Assembly: GCA_045643085.1 (NCBI GenBank)
Contig: JAZUKB010000008.1
Coordinates: 13,137-77,136 of the forward strand
Reading direction: 5' to 3'
DNA: 64,000 nt
From: Candidatus Cryptobacteroides sp.
GTDB lineage: Bacteria > Bacteroidota > Bacteroidia > Bacteroidales > UBA932
Position 1 is the stretch's first letter. Each line of letters starts with the position of its first letter. Below are positions 49,527 through 57,781 of this stretch, one piece after another. Under the pieces are notes generated by a model. That model saw only the letters and a list, made by a program, of their open reading frames with translations. It was not told the DNA's origin and made no database searches. The position numbers and the translations under genes are program-made.

Positions 49527-51021
49527 GAGATTGTACATAATCGCCGCGATGCTCTGTGCGTCGCTTGCCGCTTCCGGCCAATCATATCAGAGGGCGATCA
49601 AACGCAACTTCTGGAATGAGGGCACCAATGTCGTCGGTATACGTCAGGATACCCTGTCCGCATCGAATGCGGAAATCTACGGCAACTACATTACGGGTGA
49701 GCTGAGGGCTTCAAGTGATGCCAAATCTGCCTGGACCGCCGGCGTAAGGGCTTCGGCCATCAGACATCTGAAAAAATTCTCAATGAAGGGCTCCTTCGGC
49801 TTCGAACAGATGGAAGGGCAGGGGATGGCCGGCTCCATGTTCGTCAAGCAGGGCTATTATCCGATCAACGTTTATGAATTCACCCCGGGGTCCAAGACTC
49901 TCCAGACATACTCCTTCACGGGAGGTATTTCCGTGGATATTTCACCTGAATGGAGATTGGGAGGTCAGATGCTTTTCGAATCCTCAAACTATGCAAAAAG
50001 AAAGGATCTCAGGCACACCACTTACAGGATGGATATGACGGTTTCACCGGGAGTGCAGTATCACAATGGCGACCTTGCAATAGGCTTGAATTACATATTC
50101 TCCAAAAACAGTGAGTCCGTCAGCGCCGAGCAGATTGGAAGCAGCGTTGCTTCCTATGATGTTTTCTTTGACAAGGGACTGTACTATGGTGTACGTCAGA
50201 TATGGACCGGAAGCGGTGTGCATCTCAGCGAACCGGGCGTCAACGGCTTGCCTTTGAGGGAGATTATCAACGGCGTTTCCGTTCAGGCTTCTTACGGCAG
50301 GGCGTATGCGGATGTCAGCTGGAGGGCGAGATATGGTACCGTAGGCGAGAAACAGTTCATTTGGTTCAGGTTCCCGGGGTGGGACCTGACAGCACATGCC
50401 GGATTTGCGTTTTCGGGAGACAGAGGATCCCACCGGATACTTGCCACGGCGGAGTATTTCTCACAGGACAATGAGGAGACTTCCCTGGAGAAGGTCAGCT
50501 CCGGCGGTGTCACCACCGTGGAGGAATTCGGGGCCTGTCGTATCTTCTCCCGAAGGAATATGAAAGCATCGCTTACCTATGACTACGCGTCCCGTATGCT
50601 GAACTTTTCAGCATTGCTGTCGATGACCGACCAGCAGGGTCTGGTGTCCAATATGTATCCGTATCTGATGTATCAGAGGCTGCTGCAGCCTTATGTGGAG
50701 GCCAAGGCTACCGGGCACTTCGGACGTCTGGACGTGACTTTGATGCTGTCATACAGGCAGGGATGGATGGATGATACGATGCGTGAGGTCAGTCCGTCCA
50801 CAGGTGTGACATCGGAGCCTGAGCGTCTGGAGAGTTATTTCCTGAAGTACCGTGAACATATGACTTGCCGGAATATCACCGTTGCCCCTGCTGTGAAGTA
50901 CAACTTCGGGAAGGGATTCTACGCGGAGGCCTCCGTCCGTTGGAACAGAGGTTTCAATCTGGTGTATTTCGCAGGCCCGGACAGAACGTCCGCTACGCTG
51001 CGGTTGGGATACGATTTCTAG
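49519..51021 (+). CDS. Outer membrane beta-barrel protein (DUF6850-like)
   Basis: Signal peptide, alternating beta strands, AKRKDLR motif, C-terminal LGYDF; typical position after DUF4876. Confidence 0.7.
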   Translation: MNRRLYIIAAMLCASLAASGQSYQRAIKRNFWNEGTNVVGIRQDTLSASNAEIYGNYITGELRASSDAKSAWTAGVRASAIRHLKKFSMKGSFGFEQMEGQGMAGSMFVKQGYYPINVYEFTPGSKTLQTYSFTGGISVDISPEWRLGGQMLFESSNYAKRKDLRHTTYRMDMTVSPGVQYHNGDLAIGLNYIFSKNSESVSAEQIGSSVASYDVFFDKGLYYGVRQIWTGSGVHLSEPGVNGLPLREIINGVSVQASYGRAYADVSWRARYGTVGEKQFIWFRFPGWDLTAHAGFAFSGDRGSHRILATAEYFSQDNEETSLEKVSSGGVTTVEEFGACRIFSRRNMKASLTYDYASRMLNFSALLSMTDQQGLVSNMYPYLMYQRLLQPYVEAKATGHFGRLDVTLMLSYRQGWMDDTMREVSPSTGVTSEPERLESYFLKYREHMTCRNITVAPAVKYNFGKGFYAEASVRWNRGFNLVYFAGPDRTSATLRLGYDF

Positions 51022-52073
51022 AAAGGAAAGAGCTTGGTCACCCAGAAGAATCCGAGGACAAGCCCGACGACTCCGATTACTATACCAACTTTCGTCATAT
51101 CCTTTGTCTCGACAAGACCGGTGGATGCGGCAATTGCATTCGGAGGTGTAGAAATAGGCAGGACCATAGCAAGTGAAGCACAGACTGCGACGAAAATTGC
51201 AAGCCCCTGCTGTCCGCCCCAGGCAAGGAATGAGGATGCGTTGCCGCTGGCAAGAAGTCCCTTGCCCATTGCTACCATAATAGGAATCAGGAGAGCGGCA
51301 GCTGCTGAATTGCTGATGAAATTGCTGAGGAGGTAGCAGATGAGACCTGCCACGACAAATATCACAACGATGTCCATCGCATCGAAATTGATGGATGTGA
51401 CCATCGTTTCTGCAAGCCCGGTACCCTCAAGAGCATATCCGAGAGCGAAACCTCCGGCTACCAGCCAGAGGACACTCCAGTTGATATCTTTTATGTCGTC
51501 CTTGGTGAACACTCCGGTCGCAGTGTAGACAGCAAGCGGGATGAGTGCTACGATGTTGGAGCTGATGCCGTGAAGTTGTTCGGTTATCCAGAGAAGAATC
51601 GTTACGGCGAAAGTTGTCCAGGCGATGTGGTCCTTCCAGCCCTTCTTGTGGTCGTCCTTCTTGATCTCAAGTATGATTCCCTTTGACTTGAATGGATAAA
51701 GCAACATAAGGAGAACCCAGGCGAAAAGTATCATTATGATGACGAAAGGAATCATACGGACAGCCCAGTCCCCGAATGTGATGTCCATACCGTTGTTCTC
51801 CAGGATGCCTTTTGCCGTGGCGTTGGGAGGGGTCCCTATAGGAGTCCCGATACCGCCTATGTTGGCGGCGATAGGAATTGCGAGACAGAGGCCCACCTTG
51901 CCTTTCTTGTCATCCTCCGGGAGGGATGCGAACACCGGGGCGAGGAATGCAAGGAACATCGCGGCTGTTGCCGTATTGCTCATAAACATGGAGAAGATGG
52001 CAATTACCATCAGTACTCCGAGAAGCACAGTCTTGGGGTTCTTGCCGAAAGGTTTGAGCAGGATGCGCGCCAT
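51018..52073 (-). CDS. SLC13/DASS family transporter, apparently N-terminally truncated (possible pseudogene)
   Basis: MSNTAT, GTPIGTPPN, ISNSA, PISTPPNA motifs. Only 351 aa and starts mid-domain. Confidence 0.75.
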   Translation of the reverse strand: MARILLKPFGKNPKTVLLGVLMVIAIFSMFMSNTATAAMFLAFLAPVFASLPEDDKKGKVGLCLAIPIAANIGGIGTPIGTPPNATAKGILENNGMDITFGDWAVRMIPFVIIMILFAWVLLMLLYPFKSKGIILEIKKDDHKKGWKDHIAWTTFAVTILLWITEQLHGISSNIVALIPLAVYTATGVFTKDDIKDINWSVLWLVAGGFALGYALEGTGLAETMVTSINFDAMDIVVIFVVAGLICYLLSNFISNSAAAALLIPIMVAMGKGLLASGNASSFLAWGGQQGLAIFVAVCASLAMVLPISTPPNAIAASTGLVETKDMTKVGIVIGVVGLVLGFFWVTKLFPF

Positions 52074-52199
52074 AGTGACTATTATCCATTATGTCCAATC
52101 CTATGCCGCAATTTAGCCAAATCTCCCGTTAAAAGCAAAGTTGCAGGCGATTGTATAATTTTTCTTATATTTACACGCTAATACCAAGAACAATCGAGA

Positions 52200-53669
52200 A
52201 TGAGTAGACAGTCAATGCGGGGTAGTAACTGGCCGAAAACCGTACTGCAGTGGGTTTCGTTGCTGGTTTTTATCTTTCTTGCAACCGGCCTCGCGCAAAA
52301 ATATCTGCCAGGTTCCGTGTCAGAGCTGCAGCAGCGCGTGTCCGCTTCCGGTGATTTCATCGTCAGTCTTCCGACAATGCGTCTGGCTATAGTCGTCGCG
52401 GTGTTTCTGTTTGCCGTATTCTTCACCAGATTCTTCTGCGGATACATCTGTCCAGTGGGCACCGTTCAGGATTTTCTTATGAGTCTGCGTAACGGGTTCG
52501 GAATCAGTCAGGTGAATGTGCGTCCAGGAAGGGTGTTGGATAATGTCCTGCGTCTGTTCAAGTATCTCATCCTCTTTGCGTTGACATATGTATTGATCAA
52601 TGGGATTGGGGTTCCGTATGCCCGATGGATGTTGATAGCGGTCGCCGTGATAATTGTAGTCGGAGGACTGCTGGTAGACAGATTCTGGTGCAAATATATA
52701 TGCCCGATAGGAGCATCGGTGAATACGGTCAGGTTCTGGGTGCTGTTTGTCGCTCTCACGGCGGCATTCTGGGCTTTGAATACTTTCCTGAACCTTGGAA
52801 TTGACTGGATATGGCTGCTGGCGGCATATTGCGTTTTCGGATACCTGCAGGAGATTATCCTCAGGAATACAAGGCTCCACCTGTTCCGTATCGTCAAGGA
52901 AGAGGACCGCTGTACTCATTGCGGTGATTGTGGAAGAGCCTGTCCATATTCCCTGAATGTCCAGAACTGCGGGAACAGGCTCAATGACGTGGATTGTACT
53001 CTGTGCGGAGAATGTGTTGCAGTCTGCAGGCGTAAGGCGCTTGGCGTGGGAATCGTGCGCAAGACAAGCGTGAACAGGGGTGTCGCCCGTTTCCTTCCTC
53101 CTGTATTTGCGATCCTTTTCGTCCTGGCAATCCTGTTTGTCCCAGGGATGGTCGCCCCGGAGGCATACGGTACGTCTGCGGTTGCGGAAGAGCCGGTATC
53201 CGTGGAAGAATCGGCAGACGATGTCTTGATGGAGACCCCTGAAGATACGGTGGTCCTGGTTGCCGAGCCGGAAATCATCGAGCCGGCAGGGTTCCACGAA
53301 GCGGGTATTGAGATCAAGGACCGTCGCTCCGTTTATGGCAATAACGAATGGTGGGTGCTTGAATATGTTTCGGATACTTTTGCCAATCTGGATGTCGATA
53401 CCGCCCTGCCTGTGCTTGCGGCATATTTGGGCAAATACAATGGAGCAATCGGCGTGTACAGTAGATATGATGCGGAGAACGTTCCGGTGATTGATATCTT
53501 ATACGCCAATCCTTTGCGTAAAGCTGCCATATATGAGGCAGTCGCTAAAGATACCTGGAGCTATAAGGGTGATGACGGTGTCAGTGTCTCCGTTCCGGCA
53601 GCGATAATATTCCCCGAAAAGGGCGTCGGACGCTCATACAAGGAGCATAAGGACGAATTCGGCTTCTAA
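52200..53669 (+). CDS. Membrane 4Fe-4S protein, diverged paralog of 40133..42142
   Basis: NWPK.VLQW, CGYICP, CKYICP, CTHCGDCGRACP, CTLCGECVAVC; shares the last C-terminal domain. Confidence 0.8.
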   Translation: MSRQSMRGSNWPKTVLQWVSLLVFIFLATGLAQKYLPGSVSELQQRVSASGDFIVSLPTMRLAIVVAVFLFAVFFTRFFCGYICPVGTVQDFLMSLRNGFGISQVNVRPGRVLDNVLRLFKYLILFALTYVLINGIGVPYARWMLIAVAVIIVVGGLLVDRFWCKYICPIGASVNTVRFWVLFVALTAAFWALNTFLNLGIDWIWLLAAYCVFGYLQEIILRNTRLHLFRIVKEEDRCTHCGDCGRACPYSLNVQNCGNRLNDVDCTLCGECVAVCRRKALGVGIVRKTSVNRGVARFLPPVFAILFVLAILFVPGMVAPEAYGTSAVAEEPVSVEESADDVLMETPEDTVVLVAEPEIIEPAGFHEAGIEIKDRRSVYGNNEWWVLEYVSDTFANLDVDTALPVLAAYLGKYNGAIGVYSRYDAENVPVIDILYANPLRKAAIYEAVAKDTWSYKGDDGVSVSVPAAIIFPEKGVGRSYKEHKDEFGF

Positions 53670-53688
53670 AATACCCATTATTGAGGAT

Positions 53689-53730
53689 TGCGGGACAAGA
53701 TTGCGCTGAGTAATTTTGTCCCGTATTTTT
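53689..53730 (+). terminator. Hairpin plus U-tract directly before the feoAB start codon
   Basis: 16-bp stem with G-U pairs (TGCGGGACAAGATTGC / GTAATTTTGTCCCGTA), then TTTTT, then ATG. Confidence 0.65.
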
Positions 53731-56085
53731 ATGACTGTAAATGACCTGAAAATAGGCCAGTCGGCCATTATCCGAACGGTTGGCGGGAGTGGCACTCTCC
53801 GACGCCGGCTTCTGGATATGGGAGTAATCCCCGGTGCGGAGTTCAAACTTGTCAAACGGGCCCCGATGGGCGATCCTGTCGAACTTTTCATACGCGGGTA
53901 TAACCTGTCGCTCAGGATATCGGAAGCCGGATGCGTGGATGTGGAACCTGTTGAAGAAGAAAGTGCCGCCCCGGTAACGGCGGGCGGTTTCGGGTACAAC
54001 CTCTCCCTGCACGATGTGGACTCTCATCCGGGACTTGGTGAAGGGGGAGTATATCATTCGAAAGACCACGGGAATCCATTGCCCAAAGGTACGCCATTGA
54101 ATCTGGCCCTGGTGGGCCAGCACAACTGTGGCAAGACGGCTCTTTTCAACAGGCTCACAGGCAGTAACCTGCACGTAGGCAATTTCCCCGGAGTCACTAT
54201 GGAGCGGGCGGACGGAGCTGTCAGAGGTTATGCCGATGTGACAGCCACTGATTTGCCCGGAATCTATTCCCTGTCAGCCTATTCGGATGAAGAGCAGTTG
54301 ACGCGTGACTATATTCTGACCCGGAAACCGGAATGCCTTATAAATGTGGTGGATGCCAACAATATAGAGCGGAACCTGTACCTGACTATCCAGCTTATGG
54401 AATTGGGTATCCCGATGGTGTTGGCTCTCAATATGATGGATGAGGTGCGCGGAAACGGGGGTTCTGTCGATGTCAACGGGATGGAGAATGCCTTGGGTAT
54501 CCCGGTGGTGCCTGTTGCCGCCTCCCGCGGGGAGGGTATATCCGAACTGCTTGAACACGCAGTGCACGTGGCCAGATACAGGGAGACTCCGGTAAGGCAG
54601 GATTTCTGTGATCCTGAAGATTGCGGGGGTGCAGTCCACCGCTGCCTTCACGGGATAGCGCACCTGGTGGAAGATCACGCCTTTTCTGTCGGACTTCAGC
54701 CGCGTTTCGTCGCGGAAAGGCTGACTGAAGGCGATGATGAAATCAAGAGCCGACTCGCATTGACACCGGATGAAAGTGATACGGTGGAGAAAATAATCCT
54801 GCAGATGGAAAAGGAAACGTCAATGGACAGGAATGCGGCGATGGCCCGGATGCGTTTCGAATTCATTCACCGGCTGTGCTCCAGGACCGTCAGCCGTCCC
54901 GGCGAGACAAAGGAGCAGCATAGAAGCATAAAGATTGACAGGATACTCACGGGCAAATATACGGCGATACCGGCTTTCCTGTTGATAATCGCCCTTGTCT
55001 TCATCCTGACCTTCGACGTGATAGGCTTCAAGTTGCAGAAACTGTTCCTGTCCGGCTTGGATGCCGTTTCCCTGGCTTTGTCATCAGCCTTTGAACGATG
55101 GTCGGTGTCCGCTCCGGTGCGGTCACTTGTGATTGATGCCGTTCTGGGCGGGGTCGGCAGTGTAGTGAGCTTTATACCGATAATTCTCGTCCTGTTCTTC
55201 TTCCTGTCGCTGCTTGAGGATAGCGGATATATGGCTCGGATAGCTTTTGTATCCGACAAGCTGCTCCGCAGGATAGGCCTGTCCGGCAGAAGTGTGGTCC
55301 CGATGCTGATCGGTTTCGGATGTTCTGTGCCTGCAGTGATGTCTACCAGGACCCTGCCTTCCGCCAGGGACAGGAAACTCACTATCCTCCTCATACCATA
55401 TATGAGCTGCTCCACCAAGACCACCATATACGGCTTCTTCGCCTCCGCGTTCTTCCCTGGAAAGGCCGGTCTTGTTATGATTTGTCTGTATATCCTTGGG
55501 GTCGTGGTTGGCCTGCTTGTGGCTGTCGCGATAAAACTTGTCAGCCATAATTCTGAAGCTGCGCCTTTTGTGATGGAGATGCCTACATACAGGCTCCCTG
55601 TGACGAAGAATGTCCTTCACCTCCTATGGGACAAGACCAGGGATTTCATCCAGATGGCATTCACGGTGATTTTTGTGGCGACGATAATAATATGGATGTT
55701 GCGCTCGTTCAATTTCCGCTTTGAATTCGTTCCTGACGGGAGTGACAGTATTCTGGCCGGGCTTGCCGGATTGCTGGCGCCGTTGTTCAATCCGCTGGGG
55801 TTGGGGGACTGGCGCATTGTCACGGCCCTCATCTCGGGACTAATGGCCAAAGAAAGTGTTGTTTCGACGTTGAATGTCCTCGGCGCCGGGTCTGCATTCA
55901 CTGCGCTGACGTCAGTTCCAATGCTTGTATTCTGTCTGCTCTATACCCCTTGCGTGGCAGCCATTTCTGCAATCAGACGAGAGTTGGGCGGGAAATGGGC
56001 GGCTTCAATAGTCATCGGTCAGTGCGTCGTGGCTTGGGTGTGTGCCTGGATAGCGTACCTGATTGCCGGCTTGTTTATGATTTGA
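53731..56085 (+). CDS. feoB: Fused FeoA-FeoB ferrous iron transporter
   Basis: FeoA: RRRLLDMG..PG, APMGDP. FeoB: GQHNCGKT, GNFPGVT, DLPG, NMMD, LEDSGY, GFGCSVP, LYTPCV. Confidence 0.95.
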   Translation: MTVNDLKIGQSAIIRTVGGSGTLRRRLLDMGVIPGAEFKLVKRAPMGDPVELFIRGYNLSLRISEAGCVDVEPVEEESAAPVTAGGFGYNLSLHDVDSHPGLGEGGVYHSKDHGNPLPKGTPLNLALVGQHNCGKTALFNRLTGSNLHVGNFPGVTMERADGAVRGYADVTATDLPGIYSLSAYSDEEQLTRDYILTRKPECLINVVDANNIERNLYLTIQLMELGIPMVLALNMMDEVRGNGGSVDVNGMENALGIPVVPVAASRGEGISELLEHAVHVARYRETPVRQDFCDPEDCGGAVHRCLHGIAHLVEDHAFSVGLQPRFVAERLTEGDDEIKSRLALTPDESDTVEKIILQMEKETSMDRNAAMARMRFEFIHRLCSRTVSRPGETKEQHRSIKIDRILTGKYTAIPAFLLIIALVFILTFDVIGFKLQKLFLSGLDAVSLALSSAFERWSVSAPVRSLVIDAVLGGVGSVVSFIPIILVLFFFLSLLEDSGYMARIAFVSDKLLRRIGLSGRSVVPMLIGFGCSVPAVMSTRTLPSARDRKLTILLIPYMSCSTKTTIYGFFASAFFPGKAGLVMICLYILGVVVGLLVAVAIKLVSHNSEAAPFVMEMPTYRLPVTKNVLHLLWDKTRDFIQMAFTVIFVATIIIWMLRSFNFRFEFVPDGSDSILAGLAGLLAPLFNPLGLGDWRIVTALISGLMAKESVVSTLNVLGAGSAFTALTSVPMLVFCLLYTPCVAAISAIRRELGGKWAASIVIGQCVVAWVCAWIAYLIAGLFMI

Positions 56086-56086
56086 T

Positions 56087-56221
56087 ATGAATACGGTAAG
56101 TATCATAATAGCGCTCCTTGTCCTTGTTGCATTCGCGGTTGCCCTCATACATATTCTCAGAAGCCGCAGTGTCGGCCGCTGCGCCGGCTGCCCCAAGAAC
56201 GCCTGCCCTTTCAGAAAATAA
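56087..56221 (+). CDS. FeoB-associated Cys-rich membrane peptide (44 aa)
   Basis: Not in ORF track. MNTVSIIIALLVLVAFAVALIHILRSRSVGRCAGCPKNACPFRK*, 1 nt after the feoB stop. Confidence 0.8.
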   Translation: MNTVSIIIALLVLVAFAVALIHILRSRSVGRCAGCPKNACPFRK

Positions 56222-56247
56222 AAAAGAGCACACTTTCCGTGTGCTCC
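56221..56247 (-). terminator. Terminator after tRNA-Pro (likely bidirectional with the feo operon)
   Basis: GAGCACAC-GGAAA-GTGTGCTC followed by a T-run on the minus strand. Confidence 0.75.
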
Positions 56248-56252
56248 TCTAG

Positions 56253-56326
56253 TCGAGAAGAGGCGACTCGAACGCCCGACCCCCACGTCCCGAACGTGGT
56301 GCGCTAGCCAACTGCGCTACTTCTCG
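56253..56326 (-). tRNA. tRNA-Pro (CGG)
   Basis: Reverse complement CGAGAAGTAGCGCAGTTGGCTAGCGCACCACGTTCGGGACGTGGGGGTCGGGCGTTCGAGTCGCCTCTTCTCGA; anticodon CGG. Confidence 0.95.
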
Positions 56327-56357
56327 AAAACTGAGGCCGCGAATCTCGCGGCCTCAG
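56327..56357 (-). terminator. Hairpin after rpsT, immediately upstream of tRNA-Pro
   Basis: CTGAGGCCGCGA / TCGCGGCCTCAG perfect 12-bp stem, then TTTT on the minus strand. Confidence 0.6.
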
Positions 56358-56367
56358 AGTCAATTCC

Positions 56368-56622
56368 TTAGGCGAGTTTATTGATATAAACCTGGATTCC
56401 GCTCTTGAGGTTGGATGCCTTGTTCTTGTGGATGAGACCGATCTTGGCAAGTTTGTCGATCATTGCAAAAACCTTTGGTGCATTTGCCTCTGCGGCTTTC
56501 TTGTCTGTAGTGTTACGTATATCGCGGATCGCGTTACGTGTAGTCTTTGCATAATACTTGTTATGCAATCTGTGCCTTTCGCTCTGGCGATTGGCCTTCT
56601 CTGCTGAAGCTGTATTTGCCAT
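56368..56622 (-). CDS. rpsT: 30S ribosomal protein S20
   Basis: MAN..SA.K..RQ, IDKLAK.G.IHKNKA. Confidence 0.96.
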   Translation of the reverse strand: MANTASAEKANRQSERHRLHNKYYAKTTRNAIRDIRNTTDKKAAEANAPKVFAMIDKLAKIGLIHKNKASNLKSGIQVYINKLA

Positions 56623-56643
56623 TATTGTTTATTTTTAATATTT

Positions 56644-56718
56644 TGGTAGTGGGTAGGAGAATCGAACTCCTATTGCAAGAATGAAAATCTTGAGTACTAG
56701 CCGTTATACGAACCCACC
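56644..56718 (-). tRNA. tRNA-Glu (TTC), CCA encoded
   Basis: Reverse complement GGTGGGTTCGTATAACGGCTAGTACTCAAGATTTTCATTCTTGCAATAGGAGTTCGATTCTCCTACCCACTACCA. Promoter TATCTTTG at 56757-56764. Confidence 0.95.
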
Positions 56719-56787
56719 AGGCTACCCAAAATGCGCAGTTCGCGAATTTGGGACTGCAAAGATAAAAATATTTTCCAATAAGTCAAA

Positions 56788-57774
56788 TTATTTTTTGTCC
56801 TTATTCCATTCCCAGGAATAAATAATGGACTCTACCTGCCTCAGATAGTGCCTTTTGTCATATCTTGGGGCATACACGAATGCATCCAGTACTATGATGT
56901 CCTTTCCGTCCTGACTGTAAAAGGAATGGGAAACGAACGGACCGCCCATAAAGTCATTCTCCACCTCCCACAGTCCGCGGGTCTGGGCGAAATCCCTTCC
57001 GTTGTACTTGATGTACTCCACAGAAGGGGCATAGAATGTCCCTGTCGTCATATATGTATTGTCGAACATACCGGGTACGTTGTCCTTGAGTATCTCGTTC
57101 CTGTGTGCAATGATATTGTCCACAGAAAGGTCGTTCTGGCCGGTAGCGGGATATTTGTAGATGAGGATTCCCTGGTTCGTGTACTGCTTCTCGTCAGCTA
57201 TCCAGATGAAGTCGTCGGTCTTCTTGCGGAGTTTGTAACCGGAAGGAAAATGAGGTGACCCGCCGAATACTTCGGATACCTGCGGCGCGATGGAACGTTC
57301 CTCATAGAGGATAGAGTTGTGAATGATCCTGTCGCGCTCGGCCTGCTCGATTGTGCTGATTATCTGCCTGCCGTTCTCGCGCAGCATTTCGATTGCGCTC
57401 CCGCTGTCCGCTGCGCATATCTGGATTACACACTGCGGGCTTGCCCATACATCCTTGAAGTATTTCACTCCGAAGGATGCGGCCTGCGGCGCGATGTCGA
57501 TCTTTACGATGTTGCGATGCACCTTGAACAGGTCAGTGAATCCGGTCGGAATGACGTTGACCAGAGTGTACAGAGGTTCTTTCTGAGGAAGGAAAGGGCA
57601 GTCGGAAGCCAGGAGCGACCGTACCTCATCCCCGAGGCTGCCTTCCCAATCGGCTTTTTCAACCACAACAATCACCTCCCCGGCTTTTCCGCTTACGTTC
57701 GGAAGGAGTGCCTTTGTTCCCTTGCAGGATACTGCGGCCAGCACAATGGCCAGCAATGTGACGATTCTTTTCAT
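56788..57774 (-). CDS. DUF4837-type lipoprotein
   Basis: Lipobox AVSC; SGKAGEV.VV, LPQ.EP, RGLWE...DFMGGPFVS, VYAP..DKR. Confidence 0.75.
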   Translation of the reverse strand: MKRIVTLLAIVLAAVSCKGTKALLPNVSGKAGEVIVVVEKADWEGSLGDEVRSLLASDCPFLPQKEPLYTLVNVIPTGFTDLFKVHRNIVKIDIAPQAASFGVKYFKDVWASPQCVIQICAADSGSAIEMLRENGRQIISTIEQAERDRIIHNSILYEERSIAPQVSEVFGGSPHFPSGYKLRKKTDDFIWIADEKQYTNQGILIYKYPATGQNDLSVDNIIAHRNEILKDNVPGMFDNTYMTTGTFYAPSVEYIKYNGRDFAQTRGLWEVENDFMGGPFVSHSFYSQDGKDIIVLDAFVYAPRYDKRHYLRQVESIIYSWEWNKDKK

Positions 57775-57781
57775 ATCTTTA

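Noticed and set aside
53896-54010. GYNLSL hexapeptide occurring twice in the FeoA region and linker
   Set aside because: Very short, with diverged synonymous positions; may be chance or an old micro-duplication with no evident consequence.
40085-56253. Possible genomic island integrated at the tRNA-Pro 3' end
   Set aside because: No integrase, and no duplicated tRNA 3' end (att) seen near 40.1 kb or in the intergenic regions.
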